The notes under the pieces were generated by a model. That model saw only the letters and a list, made by a program, of their open reading frames with translations. It was not told the origin of the DNA and did no database searches. A stretch of 64,000 bases of DNA from Minisyncoccota bacterium. Lineage in GTDB: Bacteria > Patescibacteriota > Minisyncoccia > Phycocordibacterales > JAACPR01. This document shows, one piece after another, positions 1 through 9,439 of the stretch (position 1 is the first letter of the stretch; each line of letters begins with the position of its first letter). The position numbers and the translations under genes were made by a program. Location of the stretch: contig JBAYWG010000001.1 of the NCBI GenBank assembly GCA_041674225.1, forward strand, positions 390,273 to 454,272. The letters run 5' to 3'.

Positions 1-615
1 GACTATTTTTCTTTTTTTGATTATTCAAAAACTCGCAAAGGATACAGCGGTGTGGCGATCTACACAAAACACGAACCAGAAAAAGTTCAGTATGGTTTTG
101 GTATAGAAGAACTGGATCAAGAAGGTCGTCTAGTTTCTTTGTTTTATGAAAAGTTTGTGATTATAAATTGCTACTTTCCCAATGGTGGAATGGGTGGCGA
201 CAAATTTAAATTCAAACTTAATTTTTTTGATGCATTTTTGAAATATATTATTTCGTTACGCAAAAAAGGATACGATGTGATTTTTGTCGGGGATGTGAAT
301 GTTGCACATACTGCTCTGGATATTCTTCGTGCAAAAGAAAATGAAGACACTATTGGGTTTTTGCCGATTGAAAGAGACTGGGTTTCAAAAGTTGTGGAAA
401 GTGGTTTCGTGGATACTTGGCGAAAAGAAAATCCGAAGACCGAAAAATATTCTTGGTGGGACATGAAGACTCGTTCTCGCGACAGAAACGTTGGTTGGCG
501 TATTGATTATATTTTTGTCTCTGAAAATCTCGCTCCCAAAATCCGCCGCACCGAAATCCACAACGAAGTTTTCGGAAGTGATCACTGCCCTGTCTCGCTG
601 GAAATAGATTTTTAG
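1..615 (+). CDS. xth: Exodeoxyribonuclease III / AP endonuclease (EEP family), 5' end truncated by window edge
   Basis: Open frame runs from nt 1 with no upstream stop. The C-terminal GSDHCPV motif and GWRIDYIF segment are typical of ExoIII/EEP nucleases. Confidence 0.8.
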   Translation, partial: DYFSFFDYSKTRKGYSGVAIYTKHEPEKVQYGFGIEELDQEGRLVSLFYEKFVIINCYFPNGGMGGDKFKFKLNFFDAFLKYIISLRKKGYDVIFVGDVNVAHTALDILRAKENEDTIGFLPIERDWVSKVVESGFVDTWRKENPKTEKYSWWDMKTRSRDRNVGWRIDYIFVSENLAPKIRRTEIHNEVFGSDHCPVSLEIDF

Positions 616-635
616 TGTGCTAGTATCGTGCACAA

Positions 636-1022
636 ATGAACTTTACTAAACGCCATTTAGATCACACCAAGATCTATCACTACCAATTTAGAATCATAGA
701 AGATTTTTGGTTGGAGCAATTTGTTACTCTAATACAACACAAACAAATCGGAGATACTCCTTTTGGTCTACGTGATTTTTGGGAGCCCGTGCTCATCAAT
801 GGAAATCCAATCCGTGTTTACGAATTCTCACATGACTACAGCGTCATAATGGTGCTTGTAAAAGGCATCGGAGGATATCGAAATGTCTTGTGTAACGGAA
901 ATTTTTCCGTAGATGATGACGGCTTGCTTCTCGGCGGCCTCACAATGTTTGATGGACAAAACACTATCAAAGGCACTGGATATATTATGCTTGGCCAAAG
1001 TTGCCTAGCAGTACTGCCCTAA
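636..1022 (+). CDS. Hypothetical protein
   Basis: 128-aa ORF in an intergenic slot. No recognisable motif. Confidence 0.3.
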   Translation: MNFTKRHLDHTKIYHYQFRIIEDFWLEQFVTLIQHKQIGDTPFGLRDFWEPVLINGNPIRVYEFSHDYSVIMVLVKGIGGYRNVLCNGNFSVDDDGLLLGGLTMFDGQNTIKGTGYIMLGQSCLAVLP

Positions 1023-1390
1023 CCGGCAGTTTTTCTTTTAAAGGACATTTATCCCCAACACTCTGAATAATGTCCTTTACATGTCCTTTATAAGAACTAC
1101 AATAGATAACGAACCTAGATCTTTCAGAACTTTCAACAATAAAATAATAACTAGGACAAGTGTGCACTTATAACACTATCGCCCTTAAATGCCCGAGACT
1201 TTTCTCGATTTGCTTAATTGTAGGCTGCGAATAGAAAACAAAAAAGTAAGAAAAGCACATTAAAATCCTTCAACCCACGCCGTCTGGCAAAAACAAAAAT
1301 TGACTCCTCTCGTCAAATTTTAAATCCTCTCAAAAAACTCAATCCAGACGGCTGTTTCTTTCAAAGAAGGATTTCTTATTTATTTTAAGG

Positions 1391-2851
1391 TTACTTCACT
1401 TTGTGTTTTGCTTTTAGTTCTTGAATAACCTTGTCATCTTCTTCTTCTAGACGGTCTTTGCCCTTTTTTCCTAATTCATCTAGTTGTGCATCACTCATTT
1501 TATTTAAATCAGTTACACGTGTAACAAGGTGCTCATCTGTGTTTTTTTCTGGTTCATCTAGCACTTCCTCTAATAAAGCATGCAAAATGGCTCCAATTCT
1601 AGGTCCTTTCTCTACTCCAAGCTCCATTAGTTTCACACCATCCACTTTCAACATTCCGACAGATAAAGGCGCACGCAAAGCCTCCTCAATCATTGATTGA
1701 TATTTTCTGAATCTATATGGCTCTTCTACCGGTCTTCCTGTGCCGATTCGGTCGCATTTTCGCAGCTCTACTAGATCCCAAATACTGTCAGTCCCCACTT
1801 TAGTTATAATCCTTCGCACAGCAGAAAGAGTTATTTGGTCCGGATCAGCGAAAAACATATGCCAACGCACAAGTCGTGTAACTTCCTCTATTGTTTCACG
1901 TGAAAAGCGTAAGTCTGCTAATGTTTCCCGTGTAACCTTTGCCCCGACCACTTCGTGGCCATAAAATGTGGCTTTATTCCCTACCATTCTCTTTGTGTGA
2001 GGTTTTGCAATGTCGTGGAACAATACAGCCAATCGAAGCTCTAATCGGTGGCCTTTATCTGCTGAATGTTGCAAAGCTCTCAAAGAGTGTTCAAAAACAT
2101 CATATTTATGTGCTTGAGTTTCTTGTGAAACCCCTACCATGCCGTCTATCGCTGTTGAAACATATTTTAATATTCCCAACTTTTGCAACATCACGATTCC
2201 AATCATTGGATTATCCGACATTATAAGCTTCTTGAATTCGTCTCGAATTCTTTCACGTGAAACCTTTTCAAGTAATCCGCCTAGTTCAGATATGGCGTTT
2301 GCTGTCTCAGACTCAATAATAAAGCCAAGTTCTGCTGAAAAACGCACTGCACGCATTATTCTTAGCGCATCTTCTCGAAATCTTTCCTTTGGATCCCCTA
2401 CTGTTCTTATAACTTTGGCTTCCAAATCATCTTGTCCTTTATAAAGGTCAACAATTTGTCCTTTAGAAAGTGCAATTGCATTGATTGTGAAATCTCGTCG
2501 AGACAAATCATCTTTAATGTTTTTGCTGAAAGACACTTTGTCTGGATGACGGTGGTCTGAGTATTCTGATTCTAATCTGTAAGGTGTTATCTCTATTACT
2601 TTCAACGTCGGATCTTCATCTTCTGTCTTTACCCCAACTGTTCCAAAGGTGTTTTCATAAAAAGAATCTGGAAAAATCTCTTGAATTTCCTCAGGTGTTG
2701 CATTAGTTGTGACATCCCAATCCTTAGGAGTTTTGTTTAAAAATAGGTCTCGTACGCATCCACCCACTAAAAAAGCCTCAAAACCTGAACTTTCTAGGCT
2801 GTCTAAGATGTTTTGCACTGATTGTGGAATGTTGTATCGACTAGTCTTCAT
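1391..2851 (-). CDS. cca: CCA-adding tRNA nucleotidyltransferase (polymerase-beta head + HD domain)
   Basis: N-terminal GGCVRD nucleotidyltransferase motif, downstream HD-domain histidines, 486 aa. Confidence 0.85.
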   Translation of the reverse strand: MKTSRYNIPQSVQNILDSLESSGFEAFLVGGCVRDLFLNKTPKDWDVTTNATPEEIQEIFPDSFYENTFGTVGVKTEDEDPTLKVIEITPYRLESEYSDHRHPDKVSFSKNIKDDLSRRDFTINAIALSKGQIVDLYKGQDDLEAKVIRTVGDPKERFREDALRIMRAVRFSAELGFIIESETANAISELGGLLEKVSRERIRDEFKKLIMSDNPMIGIVMLQKLGILKYVSTAIDGMVGVSQETQAHKYDVFEHSLRALQHSADKGHRLELRLAVLFHDIAKPHTKRMVGNKATFYGHEVVGAKVTRETLADLRFSRETIEEVTRLVRWHMFFADPDQITLSAVRRIITKVGTDSIWDLVELRKCDRIGTGRPVEEPYRFRKYQSMIEEALRAPLSVGMLKVDGVKLMELGVEKGPRIGAILHALLEEVLDEPEKNTDEHLVTRVTDLNKMSDAQLDELGKKGKDRLEEEDDKVIQELKAKHKVK

Positions 2852-2912
2852 TGCGACATTCTAGCATAAAACCCTTTATCTTTATCAATCTTAATGTATA
2901 ATCTTGTTCATT

Positions 2913-2984
2913 GCTCTTGTGGTGAAATGGATATCACAGCGGTCTTCGGAACCGTCGTTGGGGGTTCGAGTCCCTCCAGGAGCA
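2913..2984 (+). tRNA. tRNA-Arg (anticodon TCG), no encoded CCA
   Basis: Hand-folded cloverleaf: acceptor GCTCTTG/CAGGAGC, anticodon stem GCGGT/ACCGT with loop CTTCGGA, T-arm GGGGG-TTCGAGT-CCCTC, discriminator A then CAAAAG. Confidence 0.8.
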
Positions 2985-3006
2985 CAAAAGGTTTATACCT
3001 TTAAAA

Positions 3007-3077
3007 GCGGGTATAGTTTAGTGGTAAAATGAGTCCTTGCCAAGGATTAGACGGGAGTTCGATTCTCCCTACCCGCA
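3007..3077 (+). tRNA. tRNA-Gly (anticodon GCC), no encoded CCA
   Basis: Acceptor GCGGGTA/TACCCGC, anticodon loop TTGCCAA, T-arm GGGAG-TTCGATT-CTCCC. Confidence 0.8.
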
Positions 3078-3304
3078 CAAATAAGGGTTTTCTGGGGATA
3101 ACTATGGGGATATGTGTATAAAAGACATCATTTTTGTCTAATAAACAAGTTTGTGTTTTAAAATAGTGTTATTTATAGCCAAATAAAATTGTCTAATAGA
3201 CTTATATGTTTCACGTGAAACACTTTAGATCATGTGAATATCTTCATAATTCCTTGAGTTTTTCTTTAATACCGTTTCACATGTAACCATTTATGATGTA
3301 AAAC

Positions 3305-3679
3305 ATGAAAAATCATAAAGAATTTGGGAATTATTGTGAGGAAGAGGCGAGTTTGTTTCTTATAAGACAGGGATTTTCGATCTTGTTTAAAAACTATCTG
3401 ACGTCCTTTGGAGAAATAGACATTATTGCCGAGAAGAACAGCGTTATTCACTTTGTTGAGGTCAAGGCAGTTTCACGCGAAACATTCGAAAGGGGAATCA
3501 GACCTCAAGATCATGTTACACGTGAAAAGATTAGAAGGATAAAAATGGTTGCTCAACACTTCTTGGTTTCTTATGGATTGGCCGGAGTTTCCAATCAAAT
3601 TGATCTCGTGGCTATTGTCACAGCGCAAAAACTTTCCAAAGATTTAATTTCTATCGAATATCTACCGCAGATTTTCTAA
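3305..3679 (+). CDS. YraN/UPF0102 family endonuclease-like protein
   Basis: About 120 aa with a GEIDIIA...VHFVEVK core typical of the UPF0102 family. Confidence 0.65.
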   Translation: MKNHKEFGNYCEEEASLFLIRQGFSILFKNYLTSFGEIDIIAEKNSVIHFVEVKAVSRETFERGIRPQDHVTREKIRRIKMVAQHFLVSYGLAGVSNQIDLVAIVTAQKLSKDLISIEYLPQIF

Positions 3680-3726
3680 ATCTTTACTAGACCGAAGCAA
3701 TTTCAGGTGTTACTATGCTTTACATT

Positions 3727-3799
3727 CGGGGTGTGGTGTAACGGCTAACATGCTCGCTTTGGGAGCGAGTGACTCCGGGTTCGAATCCCGGCACCCCGA
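3727..3799 (+). tRNA. tRNA-Pro (anticodon TGG), no encoded CCA
   Basis: Acceptor CGGGGTG/CACCCCG, anticodon stem CTCGC/GCGAG with loop TTTGGGA, T-arm CCGGG-TTCGAAT-CCCGG, discriminator A. Confidence 0.85.
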
Positions 3800-3800
3800 C

Positions 3801-4685
3801 ATGAAAAAAATGAAAATAGTAACTCACGCTGGAAGCTTTCATTTGGATGACTTGTTTGCAATAGCAACTATTTCTTTAATTTATCCAGACATTGAGATTG
3901 TGCGTTCGAGAGATAAAAGTGAAGCGGCAAGCGCTGATTTTGTTGTGGATGTAGGAGACGTGAATGATACAGAAAAAAACAGATTTGATCATCATCAACC
4001 AGGTGGGGCAGGGGTTAGAGAAAATGGTGTTCCATATGCAAGCTTTGGTTTAGTTTGGAAAAAATTTGGAACTGAAGTTTCTGGCGGAGATGCTCGTGTA
4101 CAGGATTTGGTTGATAAAAAAATGGTTCAACCAATTGATGCTGCTGATAACGGTTTCAATATGTATCGTGAAACTAAATCAGGACTATCTCCTTATCTTC
4201 TAGACAACGCTTTCAAGGCTCTGACACCTACGTGGCGAGACGAAGGAACTGTAGATGACACTTTCACTAGAATTCTACCTTTAGCTCGAGAAATCTTATT
4301 AATGGAGATCAAAAAAGCTAAATATTTCTTTGAGGATACTGAAATTGTGAAAGAGGCTTATAAAAATGCGCCTGATAAAAGAATTATTGTTTTGGAACAT
4401 CCTTTGGCTTGGAAATCTGTTATCTCTAGAAAAAATGAACCAATTTATGTTATTCATCCAAATCAAATGACAGGGGAGTGGATTGTCGCTTGTGTGCGAA
4501 AGACCCCACGTTCTCATGAAAATAGAAAACTTTTGCCACAAGCGTGGGCAGGAAAAAGAAAAGAAGATTTGGAAAAAATCACGGGTGTAGAAGGTGCAGA
4601 GTCTTGTCATAACAAAAGATTTATCGCAACAGCGTGGAGTAAAGAAGCTGCGGTGAAATTGGCTGAGATTGCTGTGAAGAATTAA
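3801..4685 (+). CDS. MYG1/UPF0160 family metal-dependent hydrolase
   Basis: N-terminal THAGSFHLDD motif. Start placed at the ATG immediately after tRNA-Pro, because the ORF-track start at 3750 lies inside the tRNA. Confidence 0.7.
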   Translation: MKKMKIVTHAGSFHLDDLFAIATISLIYPDIEIVRSRDKSEAASADFVVDVGDVNDTEKNRFDHHQPGGAGVRENGVPYASFGLVWKKFGTEVSGGDARVQDLVDKKMVQPIDAADNGFNMYRETKSGLSPYLLDNAFKALTPTWRDEGTVDDTFTRILPLAREILLMEIKKAKYFFEDTEIVKEAYKNAPDKRIIVLEHPLAWKSVISRKNEPIYVIHPNQMTGEWIVACVRKTPRSHENRKLLPQAWAGKRKEDLEKITGVEGAESCHNKRFIATAWSKEAAVKLAEIAVKN

Positions 4686-4806
4686 ATTACGGTCACATTG
4701 ACTTTTTGTATTTTTGTGATTTAATTGCGCGTGGACAGCTCTAGGTTATTTCAATTAGAATCTAGGGAATTTCTGTTTTTTGAAACTCAACCCAATTTAA
4801 AACGGG

Positions 4807-5910
4807 ATGACAAGCAATACAGTTAAAAATGAGGAGTCGGAACCTCTCAAAATATTTCCGGAGAAGACTCGAGTCGCTATGCCATTTAAACCCAGGCCGG
4901 ATCAAATATTGGTCTTGCTAATGTTGGAAACTGAAGAAGGGAAGATTGTTTTTCCTAATCTCAATTCAGATGACATCACCTACATTGAAAAGGAGAAGGA
5001 TGGAGTTCTGTATCTCAAGGAAAAGGAGTGTTTGTTTGTGGGCTGTGGAAGAGATCCGCGATTCGATCCAAACGCACATCCAAATAATCCTTGGGACTCT
5101 GCATCTTCGATGATGACCAGACATTTGGGATTATTTAAAAAATACCCAATATGGAGGAAAGTCATTGAAGAGGTCCGCAGTGCCTACAGGGGAAGACAGT
5201 TAGAGTCGGGCGAGATTGCTTTGATGGCTGACGCCCTTTATGGTTCTCATGGTGGACTCGTTGGAGATGCTTCGGTTATTCAGTGGGTGAAAACTGCGTA
5301 CGATGCCGAAATTCATTTCGGTGACAAAAAACAGTTGAAACCATTGGATAGATGGGGTGTGCTCGATATTCTCAAACAACAAAATTCTCCGAGTGCTGAG
5401 TGGTTTGAGATGATGATCAGTGAGTGTCAGTCTCATTACGAAAGGAGTAAGAATGATGCGAAGACAGTCTTTGTGGGTCTTGAACCCAAAAAATTCAATC
5501 ACCCGATTCATGGAGAATTGAATCTGTACATCGTTTCGACCGACAATGAGAAGGTGGCATCGTATGCGTGGAAGAATACGGACGCTGATATTCTAGTTGT
5601 TTTGAAGAGCAATGGACAGGTCGCAATTCAAACTAAAAGAGAGAGGCTTTTTGACATGACGGAAGTCTGGCAAAAAATTGTTGAACTTGAACCAAAAGGA
5701 AGAGGCTCTGAATTGTGGGATTTATATTCCGGTCCGAGGATGATTCTCAACGGTTCTCGATCTAATCCCAATACTCCTCCGACGAAGCTTACTCTGGAAG
5801 AAATAGCTGAAATTATTCAGAACGTTCTGACAGGGAAAGAATACCTCGACAGAATGAGGCCGAGTGTTGGAGACATGCTTGAAGCTGCTCTATCTGGGTT
5901 TGGAAGTTAA
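4807..5910 (+). CDS. Hypothetical protein (367 aa)
   Basis: Long uninterrupted ORF, locally GC-richer. No recognisable motif. Confidence 0.5.
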   Translation: MTSNTVKNEESEPLKIFPEKTRVAMPFKPRPDQILVLLMLETEEGKIVFPNLNSDDITYIEKEKDGVLYLKEKECLFVGCGRDPRFDPNAHPNNPWDSASSMMTRHLGLFKKYPIWRKVIEEVRSAYRGRQLESGEIALMADALYGSHGGLVGDASVIQWVKTAYDAEIHFGDKKQLKPLDRWGVLDILKQQNSPSAEWFEMMISECQSHYERSKNDAKTVFVGLEPKKFNHPIHGELNLYIVSTDNEKVASYAWKNTDADILVVLKSNGQVAIQTKRERLFDMTEVWQKIVELEPKGRGSELWDLYSGPRMILNGSRSNPNTPPTKLTLEEIAEIIQNVLTGKEYLDRMRPSVGDMLEAALSGFGS

Positions 5911-5983
5911 GTTGATGAAGTTTAGAGCGCGAGTGGAAACACTCGCGCTCTTTTTCTTTTTAATTGATATAATTATTTTATAA

Positions 5984-6379
5984 ATGCCACCAAAAACTTT
6001 TCAAAAAACTGTAGAAAATTTTGAATGTGAACACTGTCATAATCCAGTGTCTGGAAACGGATATACAAATCATTGTCCTGCGTGTTTGTGGTCTAAGCAT
6101 GTTGATATAAATCCTGGAGATAGAGCTGCCACATGTGGAGGAATGATGAAGCCAACGGCATTAGAGAATGAAAATGGAGAATATGTTGTGACTCACACTT
6201 GTATAAAATGTTCGTACAAAAAAAGAAATAAAATTTCTCCAACGGATGATTTTGATGTTGTTGTACAAGTGGCTACAGATTTAGCAGAAATAGATTCTAA
6301 AGGTTTCTCATCAAGAGCTCCTCTAGGCGCGGGGCAACAAGCTCAAAATCTTCTGCTTGTGTCTGCAGGTTCCCAGTAA
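5984..6379 (+). CDS. RNHCP-domain zinc-ribbon protein
   Basis: CEHCHNP...YTNHCPAC...CIKC cysteine pattern containing the literal NHCP motif. Confidence 0.6.
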   Translation: MPPKTFQKTVENFECEHCHNPVSGNGYTNHCPACLWSKHVDINPGDRAATCGGMMKPTALENENGEYVVTHTCIKCSYKKRNKISPTDDFDVVVQVATDLAEIDSKGFSSRAPLGAGQQAQNLLLVSAGSQ

Positions 6380-7526
6380 TAAAGCTAGAAAGACTTCTTC
6401 CTGTTTCATTTTTTATTTCTCTGTTGATGTAGCTAAGAGTTAAAACATTTGCTACCAAATACTCGGCAGAACTTCCTGTGTTTGTGCTTACAATAATTCC
6501 TCCAAGAACATTATCTTTAAAAGCTCCACCTCCACTTGAACCCCGCTGCGCTACAGTAGTATCCCCAGTTGCTACGACATCAACTGTGTTTTGTCCGAGT
6601 GTAAAAATTTCTCGAATGCGAACACGGTCTGTTTGAAGCTCTGTGTTTTTTGCAATTTCTAAAGAAGATGTCATTTTCCCAGGATAACCAGCAATTGTAA
6701 CTGTGTCTCCTACATCAAGAAAATTAGAATCAGTATTTATTTTTAAAGAAGGGAATGCAGGTAGAGCGAGTGTTGGATTTGTATTTCCTGTAATCAAAAG
6801 TAATGCATAGTCGTATTTTCCTGTACCTGTTGGAGAAGAATTATTTATTTGACGATAATTTTCTTCAATCCAAGTTTCTGAAATATATAAAGGCACAGCA
6901 TTGAATCCATACAAAGGAATATTTTCTCTGCGAAGTGTGCAGTTGTATCCAGCGTCTTTTAATAAAAATTGTTGGGCGACATGAGCGTTTGTTAACACAA
7001 CTCCACTTGAAGAAATAATAACTCCGCTACCTGTTGAAAGAGAAATCATATTTCCGATTTGTCTGATGCAAAGAATATTCACAAGAACATTTTCGATTGA
7101 ATTTATTGCAGAGGTGTCTGGTGTTGCCGCTGTGGTGACTGTGATTTGCTCAGAAACAATTTCAGGAGATTGTTGTGCTTGTGGAATAGTTTGTGCTGGT
7201 ACAGTGCTGATTGGTGTAATTATTTTTTCTGTAATTTTTATGACTGGAGTTTTGATTGGTTCTGGGGGAATTATTGGTAGGGGAGTTTGAATAGATTTCG
7301 GCTTAGTAATATTTGCATCCGGAAGATTTAAAATATTTATTTTTGGCAGAGGGATTTGAGTTAGTTCTTGAATTAATCCAGGGCTTTCTTCTTCGATTAT
7401 TTCTTCAATTGGGTTTAAATTACTTGAATCATCAATGTCAGCGTGTGGAGAAAGCCCTAAAACTGTTAAAGAGGATACTATTACAAGGAAAACTCTTTGG
7501 GCAATTATTCGAATTAAGAATGGCAT
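6297..7526 (-). CDS. Secreted trypsin-like (S1 family) serine protease with a Pro/Thr-rich linker
   Basis: Signal peptide, TNAHV (catalytic His) and GSSGG (catalytic Ser) motifs. Confidence 0.75.
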   Translation of the reverse strand: MPFLIRIIAQRVFLVIVSSLTVLGLSPHADIDDSSNLNPIEEIIEEESPGLIQELTQIPLPKINILNLPDANITKPKSIQTPLPIIPPEPIKTPVIKITEKIITPISTVPAQTIPQAQQSPEIVSEQITVTTAATPDTSAINSIENVLVNILCIRQIGNMISLSTGSGVIISSSGVVLTNAHVAQQFLLKDAGYNCTLRRENIPLYGFNAVPLYISETWIEENYRQINNSSPTGTGKYDYALLLITGNTNPTLALPAFPSLKINTDSNFLDVGDTVTIAGYPGKMTSSLEIAKNTELQTDRVRIREIFTLGQNTVDVVATGDTTVAQRGSSGGGAFKDNVLGGIIVSTNTGSSAEYLVANVLTLSYINREIKNETGRSLSSFITGNLQTQAEDFELVAPRLEELLMRNL

Positions 7527-7615
7527 GGTTTAACTTTCACTTATTGCCACATCTGTGTCAATCTGATAATCTCAATATTACAACAAATTTTGTTGTGTGT
7601 ATCGTATAGATCTTT

Positions 7616-7689
7616 GCGGGTATAGTTTAATGGTAGAATGACTGCCTTCCAAGCAGTAGATGGGAGTTCGATTCCCCCTACCCGCACCA
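7616..7689 (+). tRNA. tRNA-Gly (anticodon TCC) with genomically encoded CCA
   Basis: Acceptor GCGGGTA/TACCCGC, anticodon stem ACTGC/GCAGT with loop CTTCCAA, T-arm GGGAG-TTCGATT-CCCCC, then A-CCA. Confidence 0.85.
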
Positions 7690-7714
7690 AATTAAAAGTG
7701 TTATCTTTATAGAT

Positions 7715-8467
7715 ATGTTCGAAAAATTCTTAGAAGAATTGGGTCTAAGTGATAAAGAGTCAAAAGTTTATTTAGCATTGTTGGAAGTTGAAAATGATTC
7801 TGTAATCGATTTATCTAAAAAAACAGATATTAACAGAACAACAATTTATCCAGTTTTGGAATCTCTTTCTAAAAAAGGTTTGATTAGTGAAATTAAGGTT
7901 GATAAAAAAGTTCGTTATGCCGCTGAATCTCCTGAGAGATTAGAAACTTATGTTGAAAGAAGAAAAATTCAATTAGAGGAGCAAGAAAGAAAGTTGAAAG
8001 ATATTATTCCGCAGTTGAAGAGTGTGCAGCGGGATAAAGGAGAAAAACCAATCATAAAGTTTTATGATGGTAAGGAAGGAATAATGTCAGCTATAAAAGA
8101 ATATTTTGGACCAAATCCGAAAGGTGGCGATGCTTATTTTTTATATGATTATGATTTAGTTAATGAAATTTTTACCCCACAAGAGATTAAAACTGCCCAA
8201 AATAATAGAAGCCAAGCGAAGATAAATGCATTTTCTTTTTATGCGAGTAAAAACGAGTCACTATCAAACAGTGAGTCATCATCAAGAATTCAAGTTGATG
8301 GTGATAAATATCCAATCTATTGTGATATTGGAGTATATGATGATTATGTAAGAATTCACACTTTAAATAAAAAAGTTTCTGCTATATATATAAAAAACAA
8401 GGATATCGCCGAAACTTTTAAGTCTTTATTTAGAATCGCTTTCGATAATTACAAAAGTAACAAGTAG
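7715..8467 (+). CDS. TrmB-family winged-helix transcriptional regulator
   Basis: N-terminal LSDKESKVYLALLE...TIYPVLESLSKKGLI wHTH typical of the TrmB family. Confidence 0.65.
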   Translation: MFEKFLEELGLSDKESKVYLALLEVENDSVIDLSKKTDINRTTIYPVLESLSKKGLISEIKVDKKVRYAAESPERLETYVERRKIQLEEQERKLKDIIPQLKSVQRDKGEKPIIKFYDGKEGIMSAIKEYFGPNPKGGDAYFLYDYDLVNEIFTPQEIKTAQNNRSQAKINAFSFYASKNESLSNSESSSRIQVDGDKYPIYCDIGVYDDYVRIHTLNKKVSAIYIKNKDIAETFKSLFRIAFDNYKSNK

Positions 8468-8482
8468 TCTAGAAAGAAAAAT

Positions 8483-8518
8483 CTCCCTCGCAGCAAAAGC
8501 TGGAGGGAGTGTTTTTTT
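8483..8518 (+). terminator. Rho-independent terminator
   Basis: CTCCCTC-loop-GAGGGAG hairpin followed by a T7 run. Confidence 0.6.
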
Positions 8519-8959
8519 AAAATTGGACTTATTTAGATATCTCTAAAAATTTGTCCAGAAAACATTTTCAATTTTTAATCTCCAAAGTCGCCCATAATGA
8601 ACTCCTTTCTGTTTTGAAATTTGGTGAACGACCAATTAGTGCTGAATCAACACCCCCACCCGAAACCCTATGCAAGGCTCGGGTGGGGGCGCATCATCTG
8701 CGTGTCTTAGCCGTGCATAGGTCACCTCCTTTCAGTTGAACTATCTGATTGAAATCCTGGTCTAGAAAGACAAGGCAATCAGATTTCTAAGATAGTATAG
8801 CAAATTTTAGATAAATGTCAATACATATAAACAGTTTTGTCTTATATTTCTTTTAAAACACGGCTTATTTATGGTTTTTTTGTTAAAAATGTTTATTTTG
8901 ATTAAATAATTTTCATTGACTTTTAAGTAAAAACGTGATAATATAAGAGAAGAAATTAA

Positions 8960-9062
8960 GTAGCCATAGCCACAAGAGCCTTAATATTAAGACCCTTCTG
9001 GCTATGGCTACCGAGTGGTATATCCGAGCTACACGTCAGTCCATCGTGAAAAACAGGACTCG
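8960..9062 (+). ncRNA. Structured leader element X (copy A): 13-bp hairpin plus conserved GAGUGGUA...GUGAAAAACAGGACUCG tail
   Basis: GTAGCCATAGCCA...TGGCTATGGCTAC perfect hairpin. A paralogous copy at 17794-17895 carries a compensatory C:G to A:U change. Confidence 0.5.
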
Positions 9063-9094
9063 TTCGGCTATCGACAAGAGCCACCAAGTACATT

Positions 9095-9439
9095 ATGAAG
9101 ACATATTTTTCGAACGATTCGAACCCCTCAGTCACTGTTTACTACTGTATCCCTGAGACAGTATTCGAAATAAATTTATTTGGATGTTTCTATATCGCAG
9201 TGGTAAAAAAACCAGAAGGGTTCATATTCTGGTGGGAAAATCCAGACCTGAGTCATCTTGGCCCTGACGATGAACTCCTCGAGGAACACAATCCTAGTGA
9301 ATGTGTTGAGCTTCCTGATGAATTCCTAAGGAAGCTTGAGGAAAAGCTGCGAAATGTTGACCATGTGGACAACCTTTTGTGGGATTCATCTTCGGAACAA
9401 TGGAAAAGCCTTCCGTCTGTTTTGCAGTTTGAAGATTAA
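9095..9439 (+). CDS. Hypothetical acidic protein (114 aa)
   Basis: ORF immediately downstream of element X. Start context AGTACATTATGAA is shared with the next ORF. Confidence 0.4.
   Translation: MKTYFSNDSNPSVTVYYCIPETVFEINLFGCFYIAVVKKPEGFIFWWENPDLSHLGPDDELLEEHNPSECVELPDEFLRKLEEKLRNVDHVDNLLWDSSSEQWKSLPSVLQFED

Noticed and set aside
1431-2444. Plus-strand ORFs (89-101 aa) antisense to cca, and many similar antisense ORFs listed in the track inside rny, fusA, pilB, the S74 protein and others
   Set aside because: They are fully embedded in much longer, motif-supported genes on the opposite strand and have low-complexity translations. They are spurious.
1893-3529. Multiple TTTCACGTGAAA(C/G) copies inside the cca and yraN coding regions, apparently clustering with the intergenic palindrome
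   Set aside because: Within the CDSs they simply encode V/F-S-R-E-T/R peptides (FSRET, VSRER, VSRETF, HVTREK), a codon-level coincidence. Only the intergenic copies are reported.
3750-3800. ORF-track start of the MYG1-like gene at 3750 (MLALGASDSGFESRHPD...)
   Set aside because: These codons lie inside tRNA-Pro (3727-3799). The true start is almost certainly the ATG at 3801 right after the tRNA.
8700-8745. 16S-3'-end-like string GGUCACCUCCUUUC and the possibility of an rRNA fragment
   Set aside because: There is no flanking 16S-like sequence and no helix-45 context. It is likely a coincidental or SD-related motif. It is kept only as part of the island A finding.
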